NCBI RefSeq assembly: GCF_006345805.1
Contig: NC_043014.1
Coordinates: forward strand, 33,542,001-33,606,000
Source of the DNA: Octopus sinensis
Lineage: Eukaryota
DNA length: 64,000 bases
Direction of reading: 5' to 3'
Under the pieces are notes generated by a model. That model ran no database searches and was not told the DNA's origin. It saw nothing but the letters and a program-made list of their open reading frames with translations. This document shows positions 36,057-48,721 of this stretch, piece by piece (the stretch's first letter is position 1; each line of letters starts with the position of its first letter). A program made the position numbers and the translations under genes.

Positions 36057-36485
36057 ATATAAACACACACACACACACACACACACGCACGCACTGATAG
36101 ATACATGCATAGAATTGTTTGTGTTCTCAATGTTGACTTCTTTCAATAATGTTATTAACACTAATGCACGCAAGGAAGAGTAATCCCAATTTAATTCTTG
36201 GTACAATATCATGTTTTCCATCATGTCCACAGGCAACACTGTCATCTTCAATCATGTGTTCAAGTAAATAGCTTATTCGAATTCTTGTTTCGTAGTAAAA
36301 TTCATTAGCTTTAATTAATTTGCACCATAGCATTACGATATCCTACTCTTTTTAATGTAAAAATGTTTTTGTTTTTTTTTTTGTAGAGGGAATATTTAAA
36401 AGTTACAGCTGTTTAGAAAGTTCATTTGATAATTGAACAAATTATTATCATAATCATAGGAATCAATAGTTTTATAAACGACTTT

Positions 36486-36896
36486 GGATCATTTCGGTTC
36501 GAACGGCAGTTTTTTAAAATAATTTCCACGTAACTAAACACTTTTAAACTTCGTATACTGGTAGAATGTGTTTATAAAACATCTTTTTCTCTTGGCTTTA
36601 TTCAGAAAATTCTATAGTTTGTAAGATATTTGTTGTTTTTTTTCTGCAATTTCAACCAATCATTGACGTCTATTGAGGTGAAAACATTCTGTGCCGTATG
36701 AATATGTTCCTCGTTTAAGAAACAGATTGGATTTATTTACATTTCTGAAGAAAAAAAAAGATACCATTCCCCCCACCCCTAACCCTAACCTTAAAACAGA
36801 TTGCAATGCAATAGATCGATACTAGGGTCATAATTATGGATGACAATTTCATATGACACCGCTAGAAAAAAACTGTCGTTCAAACCGAAAAGATCC
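36486..36896. mobile_element. MITE with 30-bp GG-starting TIRs and 8-bp TSD (Merlin- or hAT-like)
   Basis: TIR ggatcatttcggttcgaacggcagtttttt vs its 3' counterpart, 3 mismatches. TSD acgacttt / gcgacttt. Internal cctaaccctaacc. Confidence 0.8.
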
Positions 36897-37359
36897 GCGA
36901 CTTTCTCTCCACCAGGTATGTTGATAACTTCGTCATTTAAAGAATCAACAAAAAACATTGGTGAAGAAGCAGTATTGAAAAGCTCGCAAAGTTCGAAGGA
37001 CCCAACGAGGTTTGAAATGCCATTTCATGGTAATTTAATTTCACTTCAATGCCACAAAAATTCAGTTGTCCTGTTCCTTTACCAACACAAATTAGAAAAC
37101 CAGCTTATGTCGGCCCTCTCATACTCACCTTTCAGTTTCAATTTCCTCTTTCTCCTCTTAATTGAGGAATGGATCCTGTGTTCGTTATAACAGCTCTGCC
37201 AACTTTCTTTTGAGAAATGTTAGTCGACAATCGTTCAGAAACACCCGGGCATTGTCACCATAAGATTACGAAAAGCTTCATATGCATAACTTCGTACACG
37301 TAACTTCAAATGATTCATACACAAAACTATAAATGTCTAGTATTTTATCTCACCAATAC

Positions 37360-37745
37360 AGCTTCTGCAGTATCAAATCTACTAGAGACTATTCATCAGT
37401 GAGCTCTCACTTAAGAGAAGTTCGTTGAAAAGCAATGTTTTTACCCTAGATATCAGCAAAGCCTTTGACCATATCTGGCATGCAAATCTCCTATCAAAAC
37501 TTTCCACCTATGGACTTCAACCATCTCTCAATTCTTGAACTGATAACTTCATATCTGCTTGCACTACCGCAGCATATTGAAGAAGTTCTTTCTGTACCAC
37601 TCTTGATTCTGGTGTTTCAAGGGATGTTTCGTTTTTCCAATCCAATTTATTCCTACTGTACATCAATGACCTACTTGCTTCTTCATTCAACAACGGTCAC
37701 TTTTATGCAGACGACACGACACCTTATTGTATGCTACACAGATTG
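37360..37745 (+). mobile_element. Degraded LINE reverse transcriptase (CR1/Jockey-like)
   Basis: LDISKAFDHIWHANLLSKL...LFLLYINDL...HFYADDTTL, with stops and frameshifts. Confidence 0.85.
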
Positions 37746-38049
37746 CTATTTTGAACAAATACTGCTTCTGTTACTTTTAACGAACACACTCATATATAAA
37801 CATGAGTGTGTGTGTGTGTGTGTGTTGTGTATGTGTGTGTGTGTGTGTGTGTGTGTAGTCAACAAAATTACACTTACAAGGAATTGGTCAATCATGAACT
37901 TTACTAGAAGTAAAGGTGTTGTGAAGCGGGATCGAACCTGGAGCCAACGTGTTTTTGAAGTCACACACACACACACACACACACACGCACCACATAAATG
38001 CGAGCACTCAATTGCGCACATATATGCATAAGTATACACGCGTACAGAA

Positions 38050-38121
<72 letters not shown>

Positions 38122-38159
38122 ATATATATATATATACGCGTACATGCATACATAACTAC

Positions 38160-38475
38160 CTACATACATATAGATGTACATGCATGCATATAATCATACA
38201 GTACATACATATCTAGAAAATATATATCCATACATACAAACATAAAAATATATACTTGCATATATACACATTCATGCATACATATATACATACATACATA
38301 CATGCATGCACACATACATACATTCATACATACATACATACATACATACATACATACATACATACACATACATACATACATACATACATACGTACATACA
38401 CACACATACATCCAGACATACATATATGCATACATATATAAATACATACATATATACATACATACATATATAAAT

Positions 38476-38512
<37 letters not shown>

Positions 38513-39290
38513 TACATACATACATACATACACACACATACATCCAGACATACATATATGCATACATATATAAATACATACTTATATACATACATACACA
38601 CACATACATACACACACATACATACATACATACATACATACATACATACATACATACACACGCACAAACATACACACACATACATACATACATACATACA
38701 TACATACATACATACATACATACACACACATACATCCAGACATACATATATGCATACATATATAAATACATACATATATACATACATACACACACATACT
38801 ACACAACACATACATACATACATACATACATGCATAATACACACACACATCATACATACATACATACATACCTACATACATACACACACACACACACATA
38901 CATACATACATACATAACATACAGATAACACCCACACATACATACATACATACATACCACACATACAACATACCTACATACATACATACATACATACATA
39001 CATACGTCATACACACGCACAAACATACACACACATACATACATACATACATACATACATCATACCATACATACATACACCCGCACAAACATACACACAC
39101 ATACATACATACATACATACATACATACATACATACATACACACAACATACATCCAGACATACATATATGCATACATATATAAATACATACATATATACA
39201 TACATACACACACATACATACACACACACACATACATACACACATACATACACACATACATACACACATACATACACACATACATACATA
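38160..39290. repeat. Compound (TACA)n/(CA)n microsatellite with higher-order blocks
   Basis: Marker catccagacatacatatatgc recurs at ~38410, 38540, 38732, 39150. Confidence 0.9.
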
Positions 39291-39659
39291 AGCTATGATT
39301 TATCGGAACTGATCGAGCGTTTCTCAGCCGGCATAGATAAAGCGACACAGGACACCCTGCACCCTGCACCCGCTTCCCACCCCGTTGCTACCCAATCTTC
39401 TTACTCATTAAAAAAACACACACACTAAAAAAAAAAAACAACCCACACAAAAAAACTTTTTGTTTTTCTGTTTTGTTTTTTTTACTTTGTTTTCATTTTG
39501 TGTTCTTTCTTTTTTATTTGCTTTTAATTAAACTCCCCATTTAGCAAACAGCGTGACTCTTCTTCCTCACTTCCTTACCTACATCATCACCTCCCACCCC
39601 GCCGCTTTGAAGAGATACGGGCTTAAGAGGCTCTCCTTCTCCACCTCTCTTTTTATCCA

Positions 39660-39960
39660 TTTCTCTATCTATCTATTTCTCTCTCTCTTTTTCTCCCTCC
39701 CCCCTCTCTCTCTTTTTCTCCCTCCCCCTCTCTCTCTTTTTCTCCCTCCCTCTCTCTCTCTTTTTCTCCCTCCCTCTCTCTCTCTTTTCTCCCTTCCCTC
39801 TCTCTCTTTTTCTCCCTCCCTCTCTCTCTCTCTTTCTTTCTCTCTTTCTCTCTCTCTCTTTCTCCCTCCCCCTTTCTCTCTCTCTCTTTTTCCTTCTCTC
39901 TTTCTCTCTCTCTTTCTTCCTCCCTCTTTCTCTCTCTCTCTCTCTCTCTTCTTTCTCTTC

Positions 39961-39999
<39 letters not shown>

Positions 40000-40262
40000 A
40001 CTCTCTGGTTTCTGTCTTCTCACACCTCGCAACATCATCGTTACAATATAGCGCTCTCCCACACCATAGGACTGCAGTCACTAACCACCACCACCACCAC
40101 CACCACCACCACCATCGCCTCCGCAGACGCTGCTACCACTACCATCATCACGATCATTACTACCAACCTCACCACCACTACCACTACCAGTACCATCACC
40201 GTCGCTACCACCACCACCACTACCTACGGGACCACAACTATCATCACCAAGACCACCACTAC
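39660..40262. repeat. (CT)-rich tract followed by (ACC)n tract
   Basis: Direct reading of the sequence. Confidence 0.9.
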
Positions 40263-41212
40263 CTATTTCTTTATTACCCACAAGGGGCTAAACACAGAGG
40301 GCACAAACAAGAACAGACAAGTCGATTACATCGACCCCAGTGCGTAACTGGTACTTAATTTATCGACCCCGAAAGGATGAAAGGCAAAGTCGACCTCGGC
40401 GGAATTTGAACTCACGACGTAACGGTAGACGAAATACCTATTTCTTTACTACCCACAAGGGGCTAAACACAGAGGGCACAAACAAGGACAGACAAACAGA
40501 TTAAGTCGATTATATCGAGCCCAGTGCGTAACTGGTACTTAATTTATCGACCCCGAAAGGATGAAAGGCAAAGTCGACCTCGGCGGAATTTGAACTCACG
40601 ACGTAACGGTAGACGAAATACCTATTTCTTTACTACCCACAAGGGGCTAAACACAGAGGGCACAAACAAGGACAGACAAACAGATTAAGTCGATTATATC
40701 GAGCCCAGTGCGTAACTGGTACTTAATTTATCGACCCCGAAAGGATGAAAGGCAAAGTCGACCTCGGCGGAATTTGAACTCACGACGTAACGGCAGACGA
40801 AATACCTATTTTTATACCCACAAGGGGCTAAACACAGAGGGCACAACAAGGACAGACAAACAGATTAAGTCGATTATATCGAGCCCAGTGCGTAACTGGT
40901 ACTTAATTTATCGACCCCGAAAGGATGAAGGCAAAGTCGACTCGGCGCGGAATTTGAACTCACGACGTAACGGCAGCGAAATACCTATTTCTTTACTACC
41001 CACAAGGGGCTCTAACACAGAGGGCACAAACAAGGACAGACAAACAGATTAAGTCGATTATATCGAGCCCGTGCGTAACTGGTACTTAATTTATCGACCC
41101 CGAAAGGATGAAAGGCAAAGTCGACCTCGGCGGAATTTGAACTCAGAACGTAACGGCAGACGAAATACCGCTAAGCATTTCGCCCGGGGTGCTAACGATT
41201 CTGCCAGCTCGA
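40262..41212 (-). mobile_element. Five tandem copies of the 3' ~180 bp of SINE family B, the last with its 5' head
   Basis: Units start (cctatt) at 40262, 40437, 40621, 40805, 40984. Confidence 0.9.
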
Positions 41213-41339
41213 CCACCACTAGCATTACCACCATTACCGTCATTACCGCCATATTTCCACCCACTTCCGCTCTTGCCATCGGAGACTTAGGCTATTGTCG
41301 ACATCTCCATACTGTTAGCACTGCCTCTGCCATCGTAAA

Positions 41340-42015
41340 CCACCACCGCTACGCCCACCACCACCACTGCCACTGTTAGCATGATTGCCGTCATTGTCAG
41401 CATCACACCGCCACCACCACCACCACACCACCACCACCACCACCACCACCACCACCACCACCATCACCACCACCACCACCACTACCACCACCACTGCCAC
41501 TGCCACTACCACCACCACCACCATCACCACTACCACCTCCACCACCACCACTAAACCACCACCACCACCACCACCACTAAACCACCACCACTTCATCACC
41601 ACTACCACTTCACCACCACCACCACCACCACCACTACCACAACCACCACCACCACTAAACCACCACCACCACCATTATCACCATCACCACCACCACCACT
41701 ACCCCCATCACCACCACTGCGACTACCACCACCACCAACACCACCACCACCACTACCACCATCACCACCACCACCACTACCACCACCACTGCCACCACCA
41801 CCACCACCACCACCACCTCCACCACCACCACCACCACCACCACCTCCACCACCACCAGCAGCAACAACAACAATAGCAACAGTAATACTATCGAACATGT
41901 AGCATCGTCAGCAACATCACCAATACCACTACTTTCACCATAAGAACAAGCCATCACCATTACCATCACCATCACTACCTCCACTACCACCACCAACAAC
42001 ACCAACACCACCATA
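41340..42015. repeat. (ACC)n-rich simple repeat
   Basis: Direct reading; explains the poly-Thr/His/Val ORFs. Confidence 0.92.
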
Positions 42016-42519
42016 ACACCCCACTGTTTTAGTCGAATAAGAGAGGCGTGGTGTTTGTTTCTTAATGTGTGTGTGTGTACGTGCGAGTTTGCTTGTGTGT
42101 GTGTTGCTGTGTGTTATTGTGTGTTGCTGTGTGTGTGAGTGTTGCTGTCTGTGGCTGTGTGTATATATACGCGCGCGCTCGTGAATTATACCTTAACGCT
42201 TCGTTACACGAGCGAGGAAACGCAGGTGTGACTGAAGCGACCCCTGTTGTGAAGGACCGGCTTTACTGACGTTCCGACAGGATTTTGACAATATTGGATA
42301 GTGTATGTATGTATTATGTATGTATGTATGTATGTATGTATGTATGTATGTATGTATGCATGTATGTATGTATGTATGTATGTATGTATGTATGTATATG
42401 TGTATGTATGTATGTATGTATGTATGTATGTATGCAAATGTGTATGTATGCCAGTGTGTATGTGTGTATATGTATGTGCATATACATGAGTAGCATGTAT
42501 ATATATATGTGTGTGCAAA

Positions 42520-42916
42520 TCTCTCTCTATATAAAGCTGAAGTTGTCTGTGTATGGCAGGTTCGGTAGCCTTCAACTAATGCTATCTCCTCCGAGACTCT
42601 GCGGCGCAAGTTGACCAAAATTTAGAGTATGATAGAAGAAGGCTTGCGCTTCATTTCGTAGAAGAAAAATTCGAATCGGACCATGTTAACACCAAAAATT
42701 ATTTACATCAAAAAAGTGCTTTTTTTCTATGAAAATCCCTATTTTTTATGATTTTTTTACTGCTGTGTCGTCATTTTTCGGTGTATTTCAACCAGAAAAA
42801 TGTTCACTTAAAGAGAATAACAAGCTACATAATGCGAAATTTTTACTTTTCAAAAATTCCAATTCTAAAGGGTCGAAAAGAAAACAAACCCGAGCAACGC
42901 CGAGCGATACTGCTAG
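42520..42916 (+). mobile_element. Non-autonomous Helitron
   Basis: a|tctctctctatataaagctgaag...cccgagcaacgccgagcgatactgctag|t; near-identical to 60935-61324. Confidence 0.88.
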
Positions 42917-43038
42917 TATATTTATATATGTGTGCACTCATGTATGTATTTACGTATGTATATACACATATATGTATATATATAGGCATGTATATATGCA
43001 TTTATATATGCATGTATTACAGCCATAACTGTCAACAT

Positions 43039-43087
43039 AATTAAGCGAGGCTTTCGGTAGAACCTAAGAATTCTCCTCTTGAAAATT
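43039..43087 (-). ncRNA. Degenerate hammerhead ribozyme motif
   Basis: aatt-TTCAAGA-ggagaa(ttcttagg)ttctacc-GAAA-gcctcgc-TT-aatt; the core has two substitutions relative to CUGANGA. Confidence 0.4.
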
Positions 43088-43456
43088 ATAAACTAACATA
43101 AGCATCCGTGAACTTTTCTGAAATATAACAATCTCACTTTTTCAACAAGTCGACATGCTCAATCTATTAATAATAACATTTAATTCACCTCGATATCATT
43201 TTCAACCACCTTTAAAAAAATAATAAAGGCTCAGACAAGTGTTATGCTCGACTCTTTTACTTGTTTCAGTCATTTGACTGTGGCCATGCTGGAGCACCGC
43301 CTTTAGTCGATCGAGCAAATCGACCCCAGCACTTATTCTTTGTAAGCCTAGTACTTATTCTATCGGTCTCTTTTGCCGAACCGCTAAGTTACGGGGACGT
43401 AAACACACCAGCATCGGTTGTCAAGCGATGTTGGGAGGACAAACACAGACCGACAA

Positions 43457-43541
<85 letters not shown>

Positions 43542-44315
43542 CATACATATATACGACGGGATTCTTTCAGTTTCCGTCTACCAAATCCATTCACAAGGCT
43601 TTGGTCGGCTCGAGGCTATAGTAAAAACACTTGCCCAAGGTGCCACGCAGTGGGACTGAACCCAGAACCATGTGGGTCGTAAGCAAGCTACAACAAGTGC
43701 ATCGATGTCTGAGGATACCACTACAACAAGTGCATAGATGTCTGAGGATACCACTTTGAAAGAGATTATACTTTTGCACTTCTTTGAAACTAATAAACAA
43801 CGCTCCTAGAAAGTCTCAAAACTTCTGGAATACACCTTGTATAAAATAAATAAAGATGATAAAAACAATCCATGGGTTACAAAACAAAACTTCGAGGTTT
43901 TATTATCAAATTGAGTCGTTGGAGGACTATTACTGCTATAAATGTTCTGTGTCAGGACTCATTTCTCAGTAAATATTAGCCTTTAGCTGATGTCCTTCAA
44001 ATTATCATTGAACATCTTTCCAGTCTGCAAGATGAGCTAAACTGAATGGAAGATTCGTCGATTAAAAAAAGGGAAAAACTTGGCATTTTCTTTTAGATCA
44101 CTTAACCGTCTCTTTTTAGTTTTAAAATTAACGAAAATCTTAGTATAGAGTTTGAACTTAGTATAGACTTGCAAACTGATGACATCGTGAAACCATGTCA
44201 TTCTCGGAAGCAAGAGTTGAGCTGACTCGATTCCCAAATCAGTTCCAAATATAAGAAATCAACGAGAGAGACCGAACGAGTACTTTTATCATTTTCAACA
44301 ATATATATTTTTTTG

Positions 44316-44610
44316 TGGAGGCACTTGGCCTAGTGGTTAGAGCAGCGGACTCGCGGTCGAGGGATCGCGGGTTCGAATTTCAGACCGGGCGATGTTTGTG
44401 TTTATGAGCGAAACACCTAAGCTCCACGCAGCTCAGGCAGAAGGTAATGGCAAACTTCTGCTGACTCTTTCGCCACAACTTTCTCTCACTCTTTCCTCCT
44501 GCATCTTGCAGCTCACCTGCGACGGACCGGCGTCCCGTCCAGGTGGGGAACCTATACGCCAAGGGAAACTGGCGCTTATGAGCCAGGCTTGGCTCGAAAA
44601 GGAACAAACA
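44316..44610 (+). mobile_element. SINE family A (tail type 3)
   Basis: tRNA head; ~16-bp TSD aacaatat(a/t)tattttt. Confidence 0.88.
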
Positions 44611-45149
44611 ATATTTATTTTTAGGGATCTGTTAACAACAAAAAGGGACGAATCTGCGTCAGATAGCCCAGTGATTTCTGTGAGTGAAATTAACCTACTT
44701 TACTCAATTAGTGCCGCAGAACAAAGCTCAAGGTTCTGACTAGAAGTACATCATTTCTTTGGACATGCATTAAGTTCGGTTATAATTATGGAATAAAAGT
44801 TTTTGCATCTTTAATTTTATTTTTGTATTTCTCTTTAATTAAATATTCAAAATTAATTATATTTCAGTTTGTTTGGGCGAAATGAAGAATGCTTTCTTCT
44901 TATTAAACTTTTTACTCTGGTGATTGTTATATTAAAAATAAAGCAACGAATAATACTTTCCAGTCAAATGGAACGATTTCGTGCAAATTAACGTCTACAA
45001 AGGAAGAACGTAAAGTGGAACGCTGAAAATCACTGCTCAATGTGGTCGCTCCGTCTGTTAGAAATAGCAACTAAACACCCTTGAAGTTATACCCTATTAT
45101 CTTACAAAAAGACAGACATATCATTGGATAATAGAGGCTTAGATACACT

Positions 45150-45790
45150 GTTTGTATATGATGAGAATGCCACGATCAAATATTGTGAATAACAGTGGTA
45201 ATGAAACTGAAGCCAATGATGGTGACTGTGTTACACCCGGTAGGCTCAGAGATTCTGGTCCGGCTCCTGCCAGTCAATATCCAGAAAGGGACCACCACAC
45301 ACGGCGTAGATGGAGCATGCAAATTAATGCTGTGGTCATGGAGTGTTACTACCTGAGCAACCCGGTAGATAAAAATGGTGCTCACATTAGAGGTTACCGA
45401 CAACGTATGTATGATCATTGGAGAGAAAAGGTATTGTTTCAACTTAGGGAACAGAGACTATGTGATCAAGCTAGAGCAATAATAAAAAAAAAATGTTGGT
45501 TCACAGAAGTAGAGCTCGAAGCTATCAAAAGACGAGTCATGGACAATAGCAGCAGAGATAACAATGAAAATACATTTCTTACTAATAAGAGTGATCTCAT
45601 AGCACAGGAAAGGAGCAGTGGTAGTTTACTTGATGAGAGACATATAGATGATCTAAAAGAACACAATAAAATTAATGGCGACATGACAGATGAACAAAAG
45701 GCAAATTACGATAGAATAAAGGCAAGACTACAGGAGAACGATAGCGACATTATTTGCAACCTTAAAAAGGTTGATCGATGGAAATTGAAC
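45150..45790 (+). mobile_element. R4/Dong-clade non-LTR retrotransposon, N-terminal ORF fragment
   Basis: RRRWSMQINAVVMECYYLSNP...GYRQRMYDHWREK...EQRLCDQARAIIKKKCWFTEVELEAIKR, typical of R4-clade N-termini. Confidence 0.75.
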
Positions 45791-45829
45791 CAAGAAAAAT
45801 TGCCAGAGATCTGATGAATTGCCAGAGAT

Positions 45830-46480
45830 CTGTGTGGTCACGCATTGCCTTAATGAATGTAAATCGTGTCCAGATTTTTGTTCGGTATCTTCTTCCTATT
45901 GGCTTCTCCAAATTTTTTGAGACCCTCAATGTACAGTTCTCTGTTCAGTGTACAGCCACGTTACAGAGAAATCAGGAGCAACGCTCTTGTCATCTCCCAA
46001 ACAGTCTCTATGACATTCTGTGCCGATCGCTGGCTCTTGATCTTTTTAAGAAGAAATGTGACTTCGTTCCATTAACTGAGCCATCGTTTCCAGGTCATAA
46101 AGATACGCTTACGTTTCATCCATTGTCACCGGATCGGGGGAAAAAACGTGTTTTCATTGGCTTCAAACGCTCCCAGCAGATCAGAGCAGACGTTCTTCTT
46201 TATCTCTTTTAGATGGGCTGTAAGTTGCCGAGGTACTCACTTTGCATGCACTTTCTGTTACTCCTAGTCTTCCACCGCCTTCTGTAATGCATTGTACCCA
46301 TAGCCCAGTTGTGCAACAAGCTTAAAAATATGTGACTCGTCTGTCTGTGCGAATCAATTCATCCGCTCGCTGACGATTATTGTCATTGGTTGCACTTGAT
46401 GGACTTCCATTATGTCTTTTGTCTTCAATACTGGTTTCCCCTTCGTTAAACGTCTTCATTCATCTGTGTATATTTCTCTT
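45830..46480 (-). mobile_element. Degraded mariner transposase catalytic region
   Basis: VTMDET*.YLYDLET...RGCTLNRELYIEGLKKFGEANRKK...H*GNA*PH (first and second catalytic Asp regions). Confidence 0.8.
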
Positions 46481-46894
46481 CTCAACCAAGTCATCTACGT
46501 AAACAAATTGTAGTCTTCTGCTGATATCGTACAACTTGCTTCTTTCCTTCACACACAAACGCACGCGCGCGCATGCGTACACACACACACACACGCACGC
46601 ACGCATACACACAAACACTACTCCCACATGTACATTCACACTCGGATGCAGATACTCTCAAATATAGACATATATTAACTGTCAACAAAGATAAAAGTCA
46701 TGGATTAATTTGAACAGGCATAATCACAATTATTATTTAAAATGAAATGTTTCTTGAATAATCTGCAACTCTATTTGAGATCATTTAGTGACATGAGTAC
46801 ATCTTTAGAAATAATTTACCTGTTGGAAATATTAATTCTTACATCTTATTTATTTTCAACTTCTTTTTCTGATAATAAAGGATTTAAAAAAAAG

Positions 46895-47220
46895 GTAAAG
46901 AGCCCCCTTCGGTCATGAATGACCATGGGATTGCACCTAGAAAGTTCTCCTCCGAGGCACAAATCTGGGCATGGTTGTTTATGGAAGACCAGTAGTTGCT
47001 CTTGCATACCAGCCTCCCCCCTCTTCACGCCACCGATGTTATCCAAGAGAAAGGCAAAGGTTGATACAGCTTGGCACCTGTGATGTCACAACTCATTTCT
47101 ACAGCTAAGTGAACTGGAGTAACGTGAAATAAAGTGTCTTGCTCAAGACCACAACACAGCCCGGTCTGGATCGAAGTCACTACCTCGTGATTGGGAGCCC
47201 GACGCTCTAACCACTGAGCT
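46895..47220 (-). mobile_element. SINE family E
   Basis: Reverse copy of 19001-19345. Confidence 0.85.
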
Positions 47221-48004
47221 TTGCTCCTATGTTTTATCACAACAATCATTGCTCCTATGTTTTATCACAACAATCATTGAAGGACCACTGAGTTTAAAAC
47301 ATCACTTTAAGTTTTATTTCATTGCCGAGTGGGCTGTTTTACTCTTTGCATTGTCTTTTTTTTCTTTTTGCTCTAAAGCGATGTCGTAAACTCCAAGATT
47401 TTTTAATTATTGCTTTCTAATTTTGGCACAAGGCCCGATGATCTCTGATTTCTAAATTGATTTTGTTATAACAATATTGGCTGCCTTTGTTAAAAAATTA
47501 TTATTGCTACAGCAGTGTTGTGGAGGCACATGGCCTCGTGGTTAGAGCAGCGGACTTGCAGTCGAGGGATCGCGGGTTCAAATGTCAGACCAGGTGATAT
47601 GTGTGTTTATGCGCGTAGCACCTAAGCTTCATTATTACGTTTTTCTTTTTTCTTTCAATTTCGTTTCCAATTCTTACATAGTGTCTTTCTGACATCTAGG
47701 GCAAAGAAACCCATTGCATACATTGATAAGTCACTAAAATAAACACACCAGATTGTAAATTTACAAAACCAAATAGTTATGTAAAATAATAATAATAATA
47801 ATAATCCTTTCTACAGTAGGCACAGTGTTTGAAATTTTGAGGGGAGGGGACCAGTCGATCACGTCTACCCCGGTGTTTCACTGGTACTTAATTTATCGAT
47901 CTCGGCGGAATTTTAATTCAGAACGTAAGGACCAAATAATAATAATAGTAAAAAAAAAAATTATTATTATTATTATTATTATTGTTGTTGTTGTTGTTGT
48001 TGTT

Positions 48005-48472
48005 GTAGATTGCACAGGAGGAATATAAGAAATGGAGGCACGATCAAGTTGTAAATGTTTTACACCGGAGACTATACTAGAAATGGGGATTCGAAGCTGG
48101 AAACACATGGTATAATTATCGAGTCGAAAGACTACTGAAGTCGGAAAAAATCTAAGATTTTGTGGGACTTTCTCATTCACACGGGCAAGAAGTTAGAAAA
48201 TAATAGATCGGACTTAACAATTATTGATAAGGATCGTAAAGAATGAGAACGAAAAACAAAAACAAAAACAAAACAAAAAAAACACGCAATCCCTTAAAAT
48301 TTGAAATAGGAAGAATTTGGAGTATGAGGACAGTAAAGGTCGTGCCTATAATTGGTACGTTGGGAACTGCAAGCAAAGATATAGATAAATGGCCGAAGGA
48401 GATTGGAATAGAATGCCCTGTATAACTCTTATAGAAAGTTTGTCTCTTACGGACAGCAAAGATTATCAGGAG

Positions 48473-48475
<3 letters not shown>
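48005..48475 (+). mobile_element. R4/Dong-clade retrotransposon C-terminal restriction-like endonuclease fragment
   Basis: YKKWRHDQV...LWDFLIHTGKKLENNRSDLTIIDK...EIGRIWSMRTVKVVPIIGTLG...RTAKIIRRV. Confidence 0.82.
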
Positions 48476-48541
<66 letters not shown>

Positions 48542-48721
48542 ATAATAAATATTAGGGAATAAATCCAAATTTACAGGGAAAAAAAATCAGATTTAGGATT
48601 AAATCCAATTTTATAGTAAAATATTATAAAATATTATTAGAGACAAAACCACTATTTTGCAAAACAAACAAGGAAAGACTTAATCAATACATAAAATTTT
48701 AATAAATAGTCAAAAAAACCG

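Noticed and set aside
38160-39369. Long ORFs (MYVCMYV..., HTYIHTY...)
   Set aside because: Translations of TACA/CA microsatellites; the same applies to ORFs at 28295-28690, 42193-42618, 54172-54711, 62144-62411.
40900-41075. Distinct variants in SINE array units 4-5
   Set aside because: Scattered 1-2-nt indels resemble long-read consensus errors rather than biology.
41315-42014. Poly-Thr/His/Gly/Val ORFs; also poly-Met/Asp ORFs at 50337-50894 and Arg/Glu ORFs at 39553-40347
   Set aside because: Trinucleotide or dinucleotide simple repeats that lack stops in several frames; no splice or homology support.
44176-44199. CTGATGA-catcgt-GAAA-ccatg-TC hammerhead candidate
   Set aside because: Core words and a GUC are present, but neither stem I nor stem II can pair.
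45152-45814. 220-aa ORF as a novel host gene
   Set aside because: Motifs match R4/Dong retrotransposon N-termini, and the matching endonuclease relic lies downstream.
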